This document shows, piece by piece, positions 24,701 to 39,700 of a stretch of DNA of 64,000 nucleotides. Positions within the stretch are counted from its first letter, which is position 1. Each line of letters starts with the position of its first letter. The position numbers and the translations under genes were made by a program. Below the pieces are notes generated by a model that was not told where the DNA came from, searched no databases, and saw nothing but the letters and a program-made list of their open reading frames with translations. The stretch is from Iphione sp. A-MEVVRFRX5 (taxonomy: Eukaryota), in NCBI GenBank assembly GCA_976226885.1, contig OZ320313.1:149792001-149856000 (forward strand), given 5' to 3'.

Positions 24701-27700
24701 ACGACTGTCCCACATCTCTGTATACATAATAGTCTCCCCTTTCATCCCCGCTCTGTAAACACTACTGCCCAATTACTCTGCATACCCACTGGTCTTACCT
24801 CAAGCCTCCCCCTGAACACCACTGTCCAACACCTCTATTTATTTAATGGTCTTACCTAACGCTGCTCTATAACATCACCATATTGTACTTCTGTACTTCT
24901 GGTCTCACCGCCCCCCCCGCCACCAGCACTTCACCTACAACTACCCGTACCTCCTGACTTTGGCAGAGGGCCATGCTTCAAATGGACGAGAAAATGAGCT
25001 CAGCATTCCGCTGGCGATCCTCCTACGCTAAGCCGGCACATCCCCATCCTCTTCCTAGTCTTCTCTTTCTTGCCCTCCCTGCCTCCCTCCCTCCCTTCGT
25101 CCCAACACTCAGACACATAGACATATACACAAATGTCTACTCTTCGTTCCGGCCAGGGTCTCGGACGATTAACGAACCTCTGTTGGCCACTCCAAGACTT
25201 TCCTTAGGGCTCCTGTCTAACACAGTCTACATACATGGCTTCGTCTATCATTCCAATATACATGTACATGTACCTATACGTATACTGCTTCTTTTTCCTT
25301 CATCTCGTCTCCAATTCACCTTTTGCTTCTCCCTATCGCCTTTCCTTTTCTGTCCCTTTCTGTGCATCTGTGCACATACCACGGACTTCCCTCTCTACTT
25401 GCTGTCTCCAGTGCTAGCTCTGTTTCTTCACCTTTGAACCCTGTCTCTCTCTTCCTCCTCACACTCTGGCTGTCTCGTTGTTTTCTATAGCTCGTTTCTC
25501 TGGCTCACGATCTGGTGTTTCGTTTTCTCTATATAAAAATTGTCCCTGTATTCTCTCTCTCTTTCTCTCTCTCATATCATTCTCAGTCTTCCATTCGTGT
25601 TCTCTGCATCCTTCTTGTGCCCGTCTTCCCTGCCTCCCTCTGTCCAAGTCTCTGCATCTCTTCCCCTCTCCACTGTAACTCACTGGTCTCGGCCGGTTCA
25701 CTTCTCCTGTCAGGTCCACTGACCAGGCTTGGTGCTTAAGCTTTTCGCTGCCTCCTTTTTGCGTTTCTTGGTGTCTTTCATCATGAATGTCTGCGTTTGT
25801 GTGTAACGCTGATTTCACTCTAACGAACATAATGGAAACTCTTCACTTCTGTCAAGTTCTCCTGTGCAGCTGTCTTGAGGAAAGGTCCTCACTCTCTTCC
25901 CTGTCTTTCTCTTTCCGCCCTGTCTCTCAATCTGACTCCTGCTCTTTTTCTACAGTGTTTCTCCTTGCGTCTGTGTGCAACTCTCTCTACACTTTCAGTG
26001 ACACACCCTGACCCCTTCACCTCTCCCGTCTGAGTTCCGATCATGTCTGGGCCTATTTTTAAGTTCATTTTGGCTACATAGCTTGCAATACAACTGTGGC
26101 CCACCCCCACGCATAACCTTTGAGGGTTTTTTTTTTATTATCTGTACTTATCTATTTACTACCGAACAACTGCTATGTATATTTAGTTCTCTGGGATATA
26201 TACTTACTGAATTAGTTCGGTCTATCTGTGGTATGGGAAACGTTAGGCTTGCACTGGAAATTGCGGTAATTAGTCTCCCAGTCAAAATACAGACTTATAC
26301 CTGTACCTTTACCTACATATGAATTATCATTTCCTGCTACAATAACCAAACTTAAGATACGTATAAATGAACAGCTGCTTTTTACAGTTTGTGCCTTTGC
26401 AAATACTTTTATTGAAAATAAGCACAGATGTGCTGTCCATTTGAGTACCTGCACTACTAGAAATTACTTTTAATTCTAAACAAGGTCCACCCTATGTCAC
26501 CGGTTTGCTTAAGACGTGTGGTTTGTTGATTTCTCATGCGCATTCTAAAATCTGATCGGCATATAAGCTGGAGATCCCATTGGAAATGTGGGGCACAATG
26601 TTTTTGTCAGTGACAATAGCATGGGTCACAAACTTCTGTATTATTCATATGATGAAAGATACTGTTTATTGCATTTAGGCACATATGATTTCTTTTATTT
26701 CTTATAGATTTGTTCCCCTTTTCTTATTTAGAAACACGAAATATTAAAAGGATCTGTGATGGTGTGGAAAGGGGAAACTGAGGTCAAATTACGGTCAAAA
26801 AATGTTAAACGGTATTACAGAAATAATGTCACACTCACCTTGGGTCCCATTTCTCCTTGTTGGCCCTGTAAAATACATTGGTAGAAGACATAATAAAGGA
26901 GTCAACAGAATAACAACAACGTCCCTGAATGTCTCTATAAAGTACATGGCCCTATAATATCTGTATTATAGGAGTGCGGTAGTTGGCGTCAGATGAGACC
27001 AACGTAATGCTATAAATATGTACACAATGGTAGCATGAAATTGGAGCTGCCGGAAAGCAGTATCTATACATAGAACTCTTAGGAATGGAGATCCCCGCCT
27101 TAACCCGATAAAATTAATGCCTTACAATTTTGAAGGCATTTCTAGAAACAAAAGCAAACATAGATCAACATTTGCATACATATAAACGATTTACCGTCTG
27201 CTAAATTCTGATGTCTTCTTCATAGCTTGGGATTGTGTACAAGGAAGACTTCCCCAAACATTCACATCAAAGTTTGATCTTTTGGTAATTTTTCACTTTT
27301 CAATGTACGTGTCGTTGATACACCGATACATTCACAGCATCATTTACCCAAGAGAAGTAAATGCGCCTTTTTATTTAGTTTGGTGAATTATTTGGACCCA
27401 AATACACTTACAGTGAATTTTACTCTTGGCCTCCCTGCCTCATTAGAGTTAGTAACATAAAACACTTGGCCACCTAGAAGAACATTTTAACCCAGTGGTT
27501 AAACCGTCCAAACCATTTTAAACACAACCCTGGTTGTGGAAGGCTTGAAAACTGATGCAAAGTTCTGATAGAAATGATACAAGTACAAGGCAATAATATT
27601 TGCGAGATAAGCCTGGTGATCAGTACAGGTACACCACGTAACCTAACCAGGAGGTTATTGTCCTCAGAGGTCGCCAATGTCAAGTCAAATTCTCATTCAT

Positions 27701-30700
27701 TCACAGTTTCTAGAAACGTCTCATTCCTAAGTATTAGAAACTTCTCATTCCTAGTTATCAGAAACCAAGTTCATGGCAATACGATTAACCTGACAAAAAT
27801 CCTTATTCACATCTACTTGTTAGTAGTTGGGGACGATACATCTTGATGCTGGAGGTATAAACAGAACAACAGTTGGGTCTGAACAGGGAAACTTGGAACA
27901 GGAGAAAAGAGCAAGATGAGAACAACAGGCAGAAGAAAGAAAGAACTCTATCTGTAACTCTAATATGGAAATGTACTGGAGTTCAAAATGTGGAATCAAT
28001 CTTATGTCTGGTGAGCCTGGAAAACATGATTCTGTACTGCTGTGAAAAAGGGAGGAAATACAAAGAAAAGGCATTTTCGTGTTTTAAAACGGTCACTTAT
28101 TTCGTTTTCCGCGAGTAATAGTGGAATGGGCCACCATATGATTTTTGGAAGAACGTTCTGAAGATGAGGACAAACACATTACGTGAAGTATAGAATGCAG
28201 GCGCGTAGTGAAGACAGAAACTAACGGAAGAAAATCCCAGGGGGCCACAGAGAAATATAAATGAAAAAAGGAACAAGGAGAAAAAGAGCAGATGACGAAG
28301 AGAAACATTACAGAATGAGGAAAGAGAGCCAGGGAGAGTAAAAAAAGAGTGAAGAGGAGAATTGTCGTATCTGAGTATTCAATATTAAAGAAGTTAAAAT
28401 ATAATGGTATTTTTCGTTTACTCTGAAGCCTGTGTACGTCTATTAAACTTGCTTGACTAAATCAAAAGGCTACCCGGTGGAACCCTGTCACAGTGTCAGC
28501 GAAGAAATACAGCCAGCTTCTAACTTTCACAAATTATAGCATTGTCTAAACCTCTTCAAAGGGGTCAGAATGCATTCATTGAATGGACTCTACCTCATCC
28601 TTACAGGTTCTCCCAAATTATCTCTGCATCTCTAAGAATAAGCCGAAGTACGTTTGGATAAAAGACCTCATTTTACTAGGAGCAACAACAAACACCGGGA
28701 CAGTATACACACGCATGGTAATTACCATCTTACTAATTCATCATCCGAAAAAATATCAGAAAATGTTCGGATTCAAGACGGTTCATGGTAATACCCGTCC
28801 CTATATACAGGATTTATAAATCATAGGCATTAGTAAGGTTGTCTCCAAGACTTTGTATCGATGTGTACTTTGGCGATACGTAACTTAGCATTCCGATGTT
28901 CATTATTGTCGATTAGGGTGTTACAATACATGTATGTGTCTGAGAGAAATAACACAGAGGGATCAGGTAACGTAAGACAACGATACTGATAGTGATCTGG
29001 CTTAGATAACCAGTCTCCATCCAGACCGTCCAGCCCGCAAATCCATCCTTTTCGATAAATACCTCTAAGGAGCGACCATGCAGACATCCACACACGTACC
29101 AACACACACTCACACAAACATCCTCGCAAACGCACTAATACACGTTTACACGTACGTGCGCACTAAGAGACACCATCACTTTCTAGGCAACATCAAGGCC
29201 AATGATGCCCGACGCAAATGGCGCGGGCACTGAATCATAGACGGCGCCACCTGTTTCCGTCGATTTTCACCAAGATGGTTGCCACCAGGAGATCCAGGGC
29301 GGGGGCCTTGTCTAACAGATACCCTGGCTGATCTAGAGATATGAATAATCATACATGCACTTGCGGGGTTATCTAATCTACACAAGACAAGCCGGATGAT
29401 ACTGAATAGGATCGGTTATCTACCAATAGACCAAGTATGACCCCATTCTGAAAAGGCATTTCACATACTACAGTTGTGAAAACCAATCAGTTGGTCATGT
29501 TATTAAAATAGACTGGCTCGTAAAGACAGAGAGACAAAGATGCACATGACTGATGAAAACAGCCAGCAGAGTGCGGCCTGAATCTCCAACTTTGGCAGAT
29601 TCTGCCTGACATGCTCTGGGGATAACCAAGCACAACACTATTATTAAAAATCCGCAGGGCAACTCGATTAAAAACGTAACATGTTTGAAGGTTCTTCACA
29701 TGTGTATGTGTCCAATGCAACTGGCCACATGATGAGAGCAACGTTTGTTTTATGAAACTCTCCTATTCAGGACTTTGCTAGGCTGGAGCCACCTCATTGA
29801 ATAATGTGTGTGAGCGCGCGTGCGTTCGTGCGTGCTTTGTGTGTGTTTGTGTGTGTGTGTTCTACCCTTCACTAAAGTCTGTCGGTCTGCAGGGTGGGCA
29901 CAGCTGTCTGCAAGGGGGCCATCCCCCCCCATCATCATCAAGCTTGGCTAAGGGCCAAAGCCACTGAAACTGTTATTTTCCTAGTTTTAAGCTCTGGAAA
30001 TGGTGCTCTTTGCACCTCTTTGGTTCACAAAGTTCCATTCTATGAATTTTGTGGGCTCATCCTCGGGATATTTTGTGAATCAAACTGTTATGTCCATCCA
30101 TCCGTTTCTGTTGTGCCTGAATGAGGTCATTTCATGTAAATTTTTCTCTTACGTCCTATCCGACAATACAATGTACTTTCTTCAAATCTATCCCGGGTAT
30201 TCTGGTCTCTCAATTCTCAACAATAGATGGTAGTATGTTACCCCAGGAGGATATGGAAGAGCCCAGTCATGTGATAGGGAATATCTAGTTCCTGGTAAAA
30301 GATACAATAAAATGGAATCAAATGAAATAATTCTTTAAGTTCAAACGAAGAATTCGATGACAACTGCACATTGCTTAAGTTGGTTTGAATGCAAATGACA
30401 AGGGCATCGGTTCAGTCCCCCGTACATTTCAAGCGTTTTGAGGAGAAGTCCCGAGCGCTAACACAAACGCTTATGAAGCAAGGAAAATATTTATGAAGTG
30501 GATGAGTGAAAATATCTATAAATTACTAGACTGGCGTAAGGGGGCGACTCTCCCTATTCTGTGGAGTCATTCCTGAGTTAGCTGAGTTTCCTCTCCAGGT
30601 GGCGCGCATGTATCATGGCGGATTGATGGCGGGGGCTGCCACGATAGGGTGGCACCCCCTCGCGGCGGTCAGGGGCTGAGGTGTGGACCGCTAGAAACTA

Positions 30701-33700
30701 GGAGCAGGAATGTTCTTAACAACCATTGCCGCTATAACGTGCAAGTTCGGTCTGTCCAGGTCTCACGTGAGTAGACGAGGCTGCGAGAGTCAGCAAAACA
30801 ACCGGCTATACGCCTNNNNNNNNNNNNNNNNNNNNNNNNNNNNNNNNNNNNNNNNNNNNNNNNNNNNNNNNNNNNNNNNNNNNNNNNNNNNNNNNNNNNN
30901 NNNNNNNNNNNNNNNNNNNNNNNNNNNNNNNNNNNNNNNNNNNNNNNNNNNNNNTTCTTTTAGTAATTTCCGTCTCAATATTTTTGAGTCGCTTCCTCAA
31001 CTAATTCTCCTGCTTTCTCCTCTCTTCACCTCTTTTCTTTTGCTTTCCCTTCTTTCTCGATCTTCTCCGATCCTCTTATTATTTAAATTACTTTTCTGCT
31101 ATGATTTGATTTGGCTCTGGTTTCTTTCTCATTAGTTCCCCTCCTAAATCTTTTAGTTACATTCTTTATCAGGCCTTGTCCCAAAAATGTCATAAGTTAA
31201 ACCTACTTTCATATTTATCCGTTCACCCTCTCAGTTACCCTATGTAGTAATAAATAGTTTTGCTTGCATTGTTTCCTTCCTCTTATAATCTTTATCTATT
31301 TTCCGATTCTCCTGCTCAGTCAATTCTAGCCCTCTTTCTCTCAACTTTTTTTTATGCGGGCAAGTGTTTTTCAGCATAGTGTAAATTATTTTGACCAAGA
31401 AAATAGACACCTTCTTCTATTCAAGAAATGCTTTATGGTCAACCAAAATAGTGTGGGTCGAAACACGTGTAATTCTAAAGTGGTTGACCTAGATGGTCAG
31501 TGTTAAAAACAATTAAGTCGTAACCCTGTCCAGGTGATACATACTGTGCATATACAGCAAGAATACTCAAATAAAAATCTACTAGGTCACAAAAACATAC
31601 CAGTCTCTTTAGGGTCTGAAGTGCATATATCTTATCACACTGAGCAGCCAGAAACAAGTGCTGTCAAGCAGCACCATCAAAGCTTGTTATCATAACCAGA
31701 ACCTTTTGCCAGTTCCTCAAGGTTACTCCATTTCTCTAGTTCTATGACATGACATGACTTGGCAGTCTGTGGTCTGTGGTCGAGCGTTGTGGTATCTTAC
31801 AGAATAAAACCAGGAGAACTGCCTCCTGGTCCCCAGACACCTTCCCTCTGCTGCCCTGATGAGGCGTTCCCTCTACCACAAACTGACAGGCTGCGCGTGT
31901 TGCGTCCATACACCATTCCTTTCAAGTTGACCGCCTGTTAAAACAGACGCAGGAAAACGCATTCCTCTCGTGTTAATTTACAACGTGCAACACGAACAGG
32001 ACTCTTCACCTTTCTAACTATCGCCGGTTATCCGCATCCTCCTCCTACTACTACTCATATCCAGGCGAGCACGTATTGCTTCTACTCCATCCACTGGTCG
32101 CAGACACCAACAGTGTATTTAGTAAAGTTGTGAAAAGACACTTTCTCAGCAACACTGAAATAGCTGAAAAGTAGGTGTGCCAGTTTGATCCTAACAAAGA
32201 GTCTGAGGGGAATCTCATTAGGTTAATACAAATACAATTCTAACTGTTAAACATTTTCCGAAAGTGTACCTAATTTACGTGTGTCAAATTAGAGACTTTC
32301 TCAATATCATAACCCATTGTGTTCCTGTAAAATGTATCCCCATGTATGGCATCGCAATTGACCAATTGGTGAGGTGTCCGCCACTTAGATAACAGTTTTT
32401 GTCGCAAACTTTACAATAAAATTTCCCCGCAAAAGCTTTTTTTTCAAACCAACCAGCATAGGTTCAGTGCAAAATGTCCTGAAGGTGGACTCACACTGCG
32501 GTTGTACTGCGTCAATTAGGTTCTTACTTCTAAACGGGCAATATTAAGAACATCTTCCAAATGATCAATGTTCAACACTAGAATATCTGAAGCGATTGAT
32601 ACGGCCAGACATATTTTACTATAATGGTATGCGAGTGTGTTAATCAAATATAGTCATTGTCATCAATAAAATAATGATGTATGCCCGTGTGTGATAGCGT
32701 AGACCTAACTGCCACAGGTTTGGGTGGCACGTATGCAAGGTGTTGTGTGCATCTGAGAAAACGTGATCATTTCTCCTTGAAAGAGCTACTTTAATTAATA
32801 AAACCTTGTGAATATCATCCGCGTATTCATATAATCTATCTAAATCTGCTTGTGAGTACCGACAAAGGCATTCCCGTGTTGCGAACGAACTGTAGGGACA
32901 GACTTCGTAAGGTTTTCTCATACACATACCACTACCAACCAACCCTTTGCCAAACCTCTAACCGCAGCCCAGACAGACTCTAATCCCTTAACCTCCCTCC
33001 CCAGTTCCCCCTACGAGCCGAAATAGACACTGTTATGCCCACCTTACACTCACGTATCTACCAATCACCAGTGCATTTCTCAACTTCACCAGCAGCAGTG
33101 AAACGCATCAAAAATGCCCATTTCCGCACCCACTCCGCAGCAAGAGAGAGGGAAAAAAAGACAACTTTCACTTGGGTCCGCTAGGTGGGGTTCCAGATCA
33201 GGTTTCTGAACCTCCAAAAAGCACGTGTTGATTATATCCAGATTTTTCTTCCTTGTAACTGAACTGACGCCCTCCACCGTCCCCGACAACGCTAAGTACT
33301 ACCTAACGGTAACGACGCGTATCATTTTGTGGTATGCAGGGTTGCGATATACATAAGCAGATAGGCGAATAAGAGGGATATGGGCTCTTGGTCTTGTGTG
33401 AAATATTAGCGACTTTCTATACCAGTCTTAGAACAGGATACTTTAGCACGTAAACAAATGAAACAAAAATAAATCATGTAAATACACTTTGTTGTGTTCT
33501 TTCTCTGACTGGCAACATTTTTGAGATGTCTTTCTTGTTTAAACCTTTATTTTATCCAGTAATCTGCGTGATAAGTAAACCCCACAGATTTATTCCAAAC
33601 AAGAAGTGACAACTCAAGCCTGTCTGCTCACCTCTTACCATGGTATATATGCCTTCTTTTCAATTCTGCTTATGGGACAATCCCCTTCCAACATGGCACT

Positions 33701-36700
33701 AATGTATGGAAGAGTAAAAGATCATTTCACCCATGATGCCAGACAAATAAATTAACTCAAATATTAACAACAGCCCGTCTAGCCGGACCTCCTGTTTCCC
33801 GCACCTTTGCTCACTTATCCTCCCTATTTGACAAATCCCCATCTCACTTGTGTATGTGTATTTTTGTTAAACAACTGACCCTGTCGTTTTGCATGATTAT
33901 TATTATTATAACCAGTGTTTTTGTCATTTTTACTCCACCCGGCAGCCGAATGCCAACGATTTGCCCTCTTTCTACATCATCTCCACCTGATCTCTCTGCA
34001 GAGTAGGAACTATCGCCTCCTTGCAGTGCGCTGGGTTGGTGATTGCAATAACTGTTGTTGTTATCATTTTCGCACGTCTCTATTTTTGTGGGTAATGAAA
34101 AGGCCATCACACATGACAGAACTGTCAAAGCGGTTCAGTCAGAGCCAGTAATGATGTAAATACACGTGAGGATCAGCCCTTAGCCTTAGATTCAAAGTGT
34201 GCCTGTATCCCCTTTCTCTTAATGCTCTTCTGCTTCCCTTACGTTATATATTTCCTTCTCCTTGCTTCTTTTCCTACCTATCTATATCATTCCATTTTCT
34301 TACACCTCTCCATCGTACACTGAGAATTAATATCCTCCCCAGTATAAATGAGTTACAGATGATAGCAGCGTTTCACAATAAAAGGAAATTGTCCCTCCCT
34401 GTGCTCTTCCTTGGCGATCAGAATTTCTCTAATTTCAAACTCCCTCCTTATCCTTTCCCAATAACTGTCTCTTTCTAGGTCTGTCTCTATCCATCTTTTT
34501 GCCTAACCCTTCTGGTTCCCCTGTTTTTCTCTGCCAAATTGCGTCTCTTTCCCCGTCTCTCATCAATCTTTCCTTCTTCTGCATTTTTCCCCTCTTCTTT
34601 CACCACGTCAAACACATTTTTCCTATGACCCTAATTCCATACATTGTCTTGCGTGGATGTCACAAAAATAAAAACAGCACGAAAATATGCCCGCTTGAAG
34701 TATATTGACTTTGGAAGCCACTTCCCTGTGGCTTCTAGCCTTGGCTTCCGCTGGCATGCTGTTTGGCAATGTGGAACAGGCGCACAAAAAAGCTACCTCC
34801 AGCTGCTGTGCTGGGGATTTACAGACAGGGAGAAACAAGGACGGGCCTCCTCCCCAACTGATGTCTTTCATTATCTCGCTCGCAAATCTTTAAAGTGTTA
34901 CGTGTGGTGTTGGAGGAAGTGTGAGCTGACACATGTAATGCTTCGGAGGGGAATTTAAGACCCTACCCATCACTCTAACTCGAAAGAGCGTCAGAAGGTG
35001 GAGAGCAGAAGTCACCTCAAAATGGTAGTTTATGAAGAGGAATATTAAAAGTTAATAAAGAGGGCTTAGGTATATGATTTAATAGTTGAGGATGATACGA
35101 TGCTGACTCAAGGTGAGACGGAGTAAGGTAAGACGGGATCAGAGAGAAAGAGACCAGTTGATGAAATGACGAGAGTTTGAGAAAAATTGTGACTTAGAGG
35201 GAGAGAGAGAGATAACCGGAGTGGGACACCGAGCAGCAGCGAGAGAGGTGGAAAGAAATGGGTCCGGGAAGAGGGTGAAAGCAGACTAGAGAGAATCATG
35301 TGACGAGAGGTCAAGAAAATGTGGACCAATTGGGAGTGAGACTCATAGAGAGTGAGGGAATAGGACACAGGAAGCGAATCGAGAGGATTTGAAATGACAA
35401 CAGGTTAATGTACAGAGTGATGGGAAACAGGGTGACATGAAAGAGGAGAAGGCGACAAAGAAGAGGGAAAGCATGAGAGAAGGACTGTGCAAGGAAGAAA
35501 AGTAGTGGGACCTGCAAAGGAAGAGCCAGAAAAAAAGTTTGAAAGAATGGGGAACGAGACATATGAGTAATATGAGAAAAGCAGGGTAAAGGATGACGTG
35601 AAAGGATTGCGAAATAGAGAGGCAAATAGAGAGACATATTGGCAGCGATTTTACACGACCAGGGTGCCCTCCTACCAGCAACCCACCCCCCTTTCCCGGG
35701 GGTTGGGGAGACACTAGAACACAAACAGATAAACAAGCAGACGCTCCTCATAAGCCACCCCTGCAGCTGCCTTGCACCTGTGTATGCGCTGCCAGCCCTC
35801 TACCAACCGCTTATCTCCGGCAGGTAAGTGTCACACGTAAGGACGCAGGTACACCCCTTAACCCTCGTACTACCTTCTCCTGCCCCGGTTCTTCCTCCTC
35901 CTCCTCCTCCTCCTCCTCCTCCTCCTCCTTATTCTCCTGCTCCTGCTCCTCCCCCTTCCCTTACCTCTATTAACTGTTACCTCCTCCCCACACTTCAGAG
36001 GGGCACAAGACGGGGTCACATCGACCTATACCACACATCCATCACCAACATGATTCTTCGTCATTCATGATCCCTTGGGATTCTTTGCTTTGTGTTAGTT
36101 GATACCCTAGACCTCTACACAGGTTGTCGAATAACATTTGAGTATTTGACACGATGAATAATGTGATTCTATCGATTAATCCAAGTGCCGGGGGTGGGGG
36201 TGTTGTCCTCCCTGCCCCGCCTCCCCCACGGCCGCTGCCATACGTTCCCTCGTGCACTTCACCTCTGGCCTGACCTACCACGCCTCGAGAGTAAGACCCG
36301 GTAGGTGGGGAAATATCTGACGGCGGGTTCACCTCGTCAGTTAACGGAACGCTTGACATATTTTCGTCTTTTATCATTCAGACATCACGTGTTTCACGTG
36401 GCTATGACAGAACACTCGATGCGAAAATCTTTTTTATACACTGTCCTTCCTAACTTATGAGAGTCGCGCTCTTCTATAGGCAGTTTCAACGGAAGTAGAC
36501 ATAATTACGCGCGATGAAGAGAGCAGGGACCAATGTTTCTAATTTGTTCTTAGATAACGACCTTGTTTTTATCCAATCTGAATACCACCAGAACACAATA
36601 TCAGATCTCTCACAAGCTTGCTTCAATGTTTTACATATTGGCCAAGAAAGAAGACGCAAGGAACTCTCCATTACTCACATATGTATGTACATGTATACGT

Positions 36701-39700
36701 GAAAAATGAAGCCATATGGATGGTAAATAGGAAGCAAGTACATATACATTCTTAAAAGAAAACTCTGACAACTATGAAAAATTATGATCACTACGGTACT
36801 AACATTTATGGAAATACGTTTTCTCGGAGGAAGATAGACAAATCATTCAACATATGTTATTCTTTCCAAGTCATTATCTCTCCCTTTTTCCAGTTCATAG
36901 AGAGGATTCCTTAATATAACAAACCACAAAAAGGTTCTGTGCAAATTGTTCCTCCTGTAAGTGCCGACATATGATATCATATCTTTGCGGTGAAACCCTG
37001 ACACGAATTTCTTAGAGTGGACTGAATATTACATCAAACGAATAAAATGCAAAAATATATCTGAATAAACGTTGCTGTCACAGAGATTTGTTGGTCCACG
37101 TGGTTGGACTATAACTACCTTGCATATAGCTACTTCGATGACCCAAAATATCGAATTCATGAATATTACCAATATATGAAACACCAACATTAGGACTGGA
37201 CCTTCTATAATGAGTCAGCACTCTAGGTGATTCAGTTCTTAAGCCAAAATTCTTGTAACTATACTGATTACATACAGCAGAATCCGACTAAGATACCAAC
37301 GTACACAGTTTGGTCTCATTTGGAGGCTTTGACATGTACATGTACATCTATATCCACATTTAAGTCAAGGTTTGGTTAACATACAAACTTTATAAAATAA
37401 AATGCAGACGTGGTCTTGAAGGCTTGGGACAAGTCTACAAGACTACAGGGAAGCCAGATGCCATATTGAATGGGACGTTGGAAGCCAGAAGGTAAGGAAA
37501 CACGGAGAACGAAAATCTATCATGACCACCGTAATCTTAGTGTGAGTGGTACCACCCTCCCCATGGCAACCTAAGCGGAACCGGAAACACCAGTTAACTA
37601 ACTGGCACACACTAAGCTGAAATAATTGCATCTACAAACAGTTGGACCGGCATTTTACAGATGTAATTAATGGTAGGATATTTTCCAAGAGTAGCTAAAC
37701 ATAATAAACACCGAAAACATGTTATTCACTTCATTTCGCTTCTAATTTCTTGAATATTACATTCACAGAATGGCATCAAGAATACATTTAATACTGTCTT
37801 TTCGTGCTTGCTGTAACAGAAACGTGGCGTTCATAAGTTACCATGAGGAAAGATCTAGGGAACTAGACATCCTATCAATTTTTTTAAAAGACAACAATTT
37901 TTAAAGGGAATTACGAGCCAAGGTAAACGTCTGATAGATGTTGTGTTTTACAGACTTCCCAACAGCGGCAACAGCAGGAGAAACGTATGCATGATTGTTT
38001 ATTTTCCTTTTTTAACGTTTACGCAATTATGCAGGAGTTCTTCTTTTCGTGGTTATTTATTTTTTCTTTGGGTGGGGGCATCATCGGCCCCACCACCACG
38101 CTCGCAGTGCCTCCTGCCAGTCGTTGTTGCCATCACCGGAACTACCCAGCCGCGTTGGCATGGCAACTCAATACGCCGGGGGAAACGCCCAAGACCTTCC
38201 GGGTGGGTTAGGGAGTGTACCCATGGAAACACAGAGAGTTGTGAATCCATTGGCCCATGGGCGGCAAAGGTAAGGTAACAGTAGAAGGTTTAGATTTTTG
38301 AACTTTATTCTTAGTACAGCTGAGTTTAGTCTTACGTCGGTTTTTTCATCAGAATCGGTTTCTATTAATAAACAGTTACATCCCACTTAATGTATTAATC
38401 CCAAGGCCTGCTGGGGAGAGGTCACAGCTGGTAGACAGCTATCAATACTGAAACGAAGCGTTTTGTAAATGGAGTATTTTCCAATATGAGCTGACGTATC
38501 TACTGCGTTTTGCTATTTAAACCTATTTATCTTTTTTTAAAAAATCTGCAGTTGGCATTATTATCGGGTAATTTAAACGTGGGTGTGTTTCACAAGTTGA
38601 ATAAGAAGCTGTAGCTACTGACTTCATCTTGACTTGTGACGTCATATGCCGCCTTACGACGTTACGGATACCACCGTTGATCAATCTGCAGTGATGATAG
38701 CTGCGTTAATAGGAAGATGCGCGCTATTAAGAGTCCTCAACTCCCAGGTCATTGGATGGGACATGCTCGAGTATAACCTTTATGAGACTTGTCCTATTTA
38801 TTTATATCGTTCATTCCACAATGACGTGCTCTCACTGGAGTACCTTTCTTAACTAGAGGGCTCTGCATATAATGTATTAAACCTTCAATGACATAAACAA
38901 AGCAACCGTTACGCCTATCTCCTTTTCGTAGATTACCTCCTTCTCCACCTTCTCTACCGACACCGCACCTACCTCCCTCTGTCTCTCCCTCTATCTGTAT
39001 CTATGCTGCCTTTATTATATCCTCCCTCGTGCTCTATCTCCTCCATGTCTTCTTCCTGTTTGCTCCCCTCCGTCTTTATATTTCTAACTTTCAGTCTCTA
39101 GCTGTATCTCTCTGTATTCCCTCTCGATCATTCTCGTCTCGTCTTCATTTCATCGCGATGCCTGAAGACCTTCTTTTTTCCCCTAACCCGTGCTTTATTC
39201 CTCTAGTCTTACTTTCTCTCATATTATCACATCTACCTAATCTTTCTCACATAACACCTGCAAATCGTCCCTTTCGTTTCTTCTCGCCTCTATTTTTACC
39301 TCTCCCTCCTCTGCGGGTATCCCCACCACCTACAGTACCAGCTATACGGACCCGTGGCGCCCCCATTGATCCAAGCGGTCATCGCACACACTAATCGTCC
39401 TCTGACCCCACAAGACCCGGCGCAAGGCAGGCTTCACCTCTAGGGTTTATATATAACTCCGGAGGAAGAGTAGGAAGGGAGAAGTCTGGGTTGCCATACC
39501 CACCTACCTCCCCCCTATGTGGGTTGGTTGGTGGCTCGAGGCTCTCCAGGTGAGGTAGGGGATGCAGATTTTATCCAGACCGTCAGTGCGAAAAAAAATC
39601 CAAACACGCACGAACAGCCCCGCATCCTCACATGGATGCACATGCAGGTACATATACATACAATGTATAGATTAAACTGTTTTACTATATAAACACAAAA

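Noticed and set aside
29176-29385. ORF containing [10 protein letters not shown]
   Set aside because: Gly spacing is irregular and the phase-0 acceptor leads to a stop codon.
30710-31135. ORFs spanning the N-gaps (also 57570-57897)
   Set aside because: Artefacts of undetermined bases.
32993-33010. Possible 18-nt Gly-X-Y microexon GELGRE
   Set aside because: The donor GTTAAG lacks +5 G (the gene's other GTT donors all have it), and the sequence is part of a purine-rich tract.
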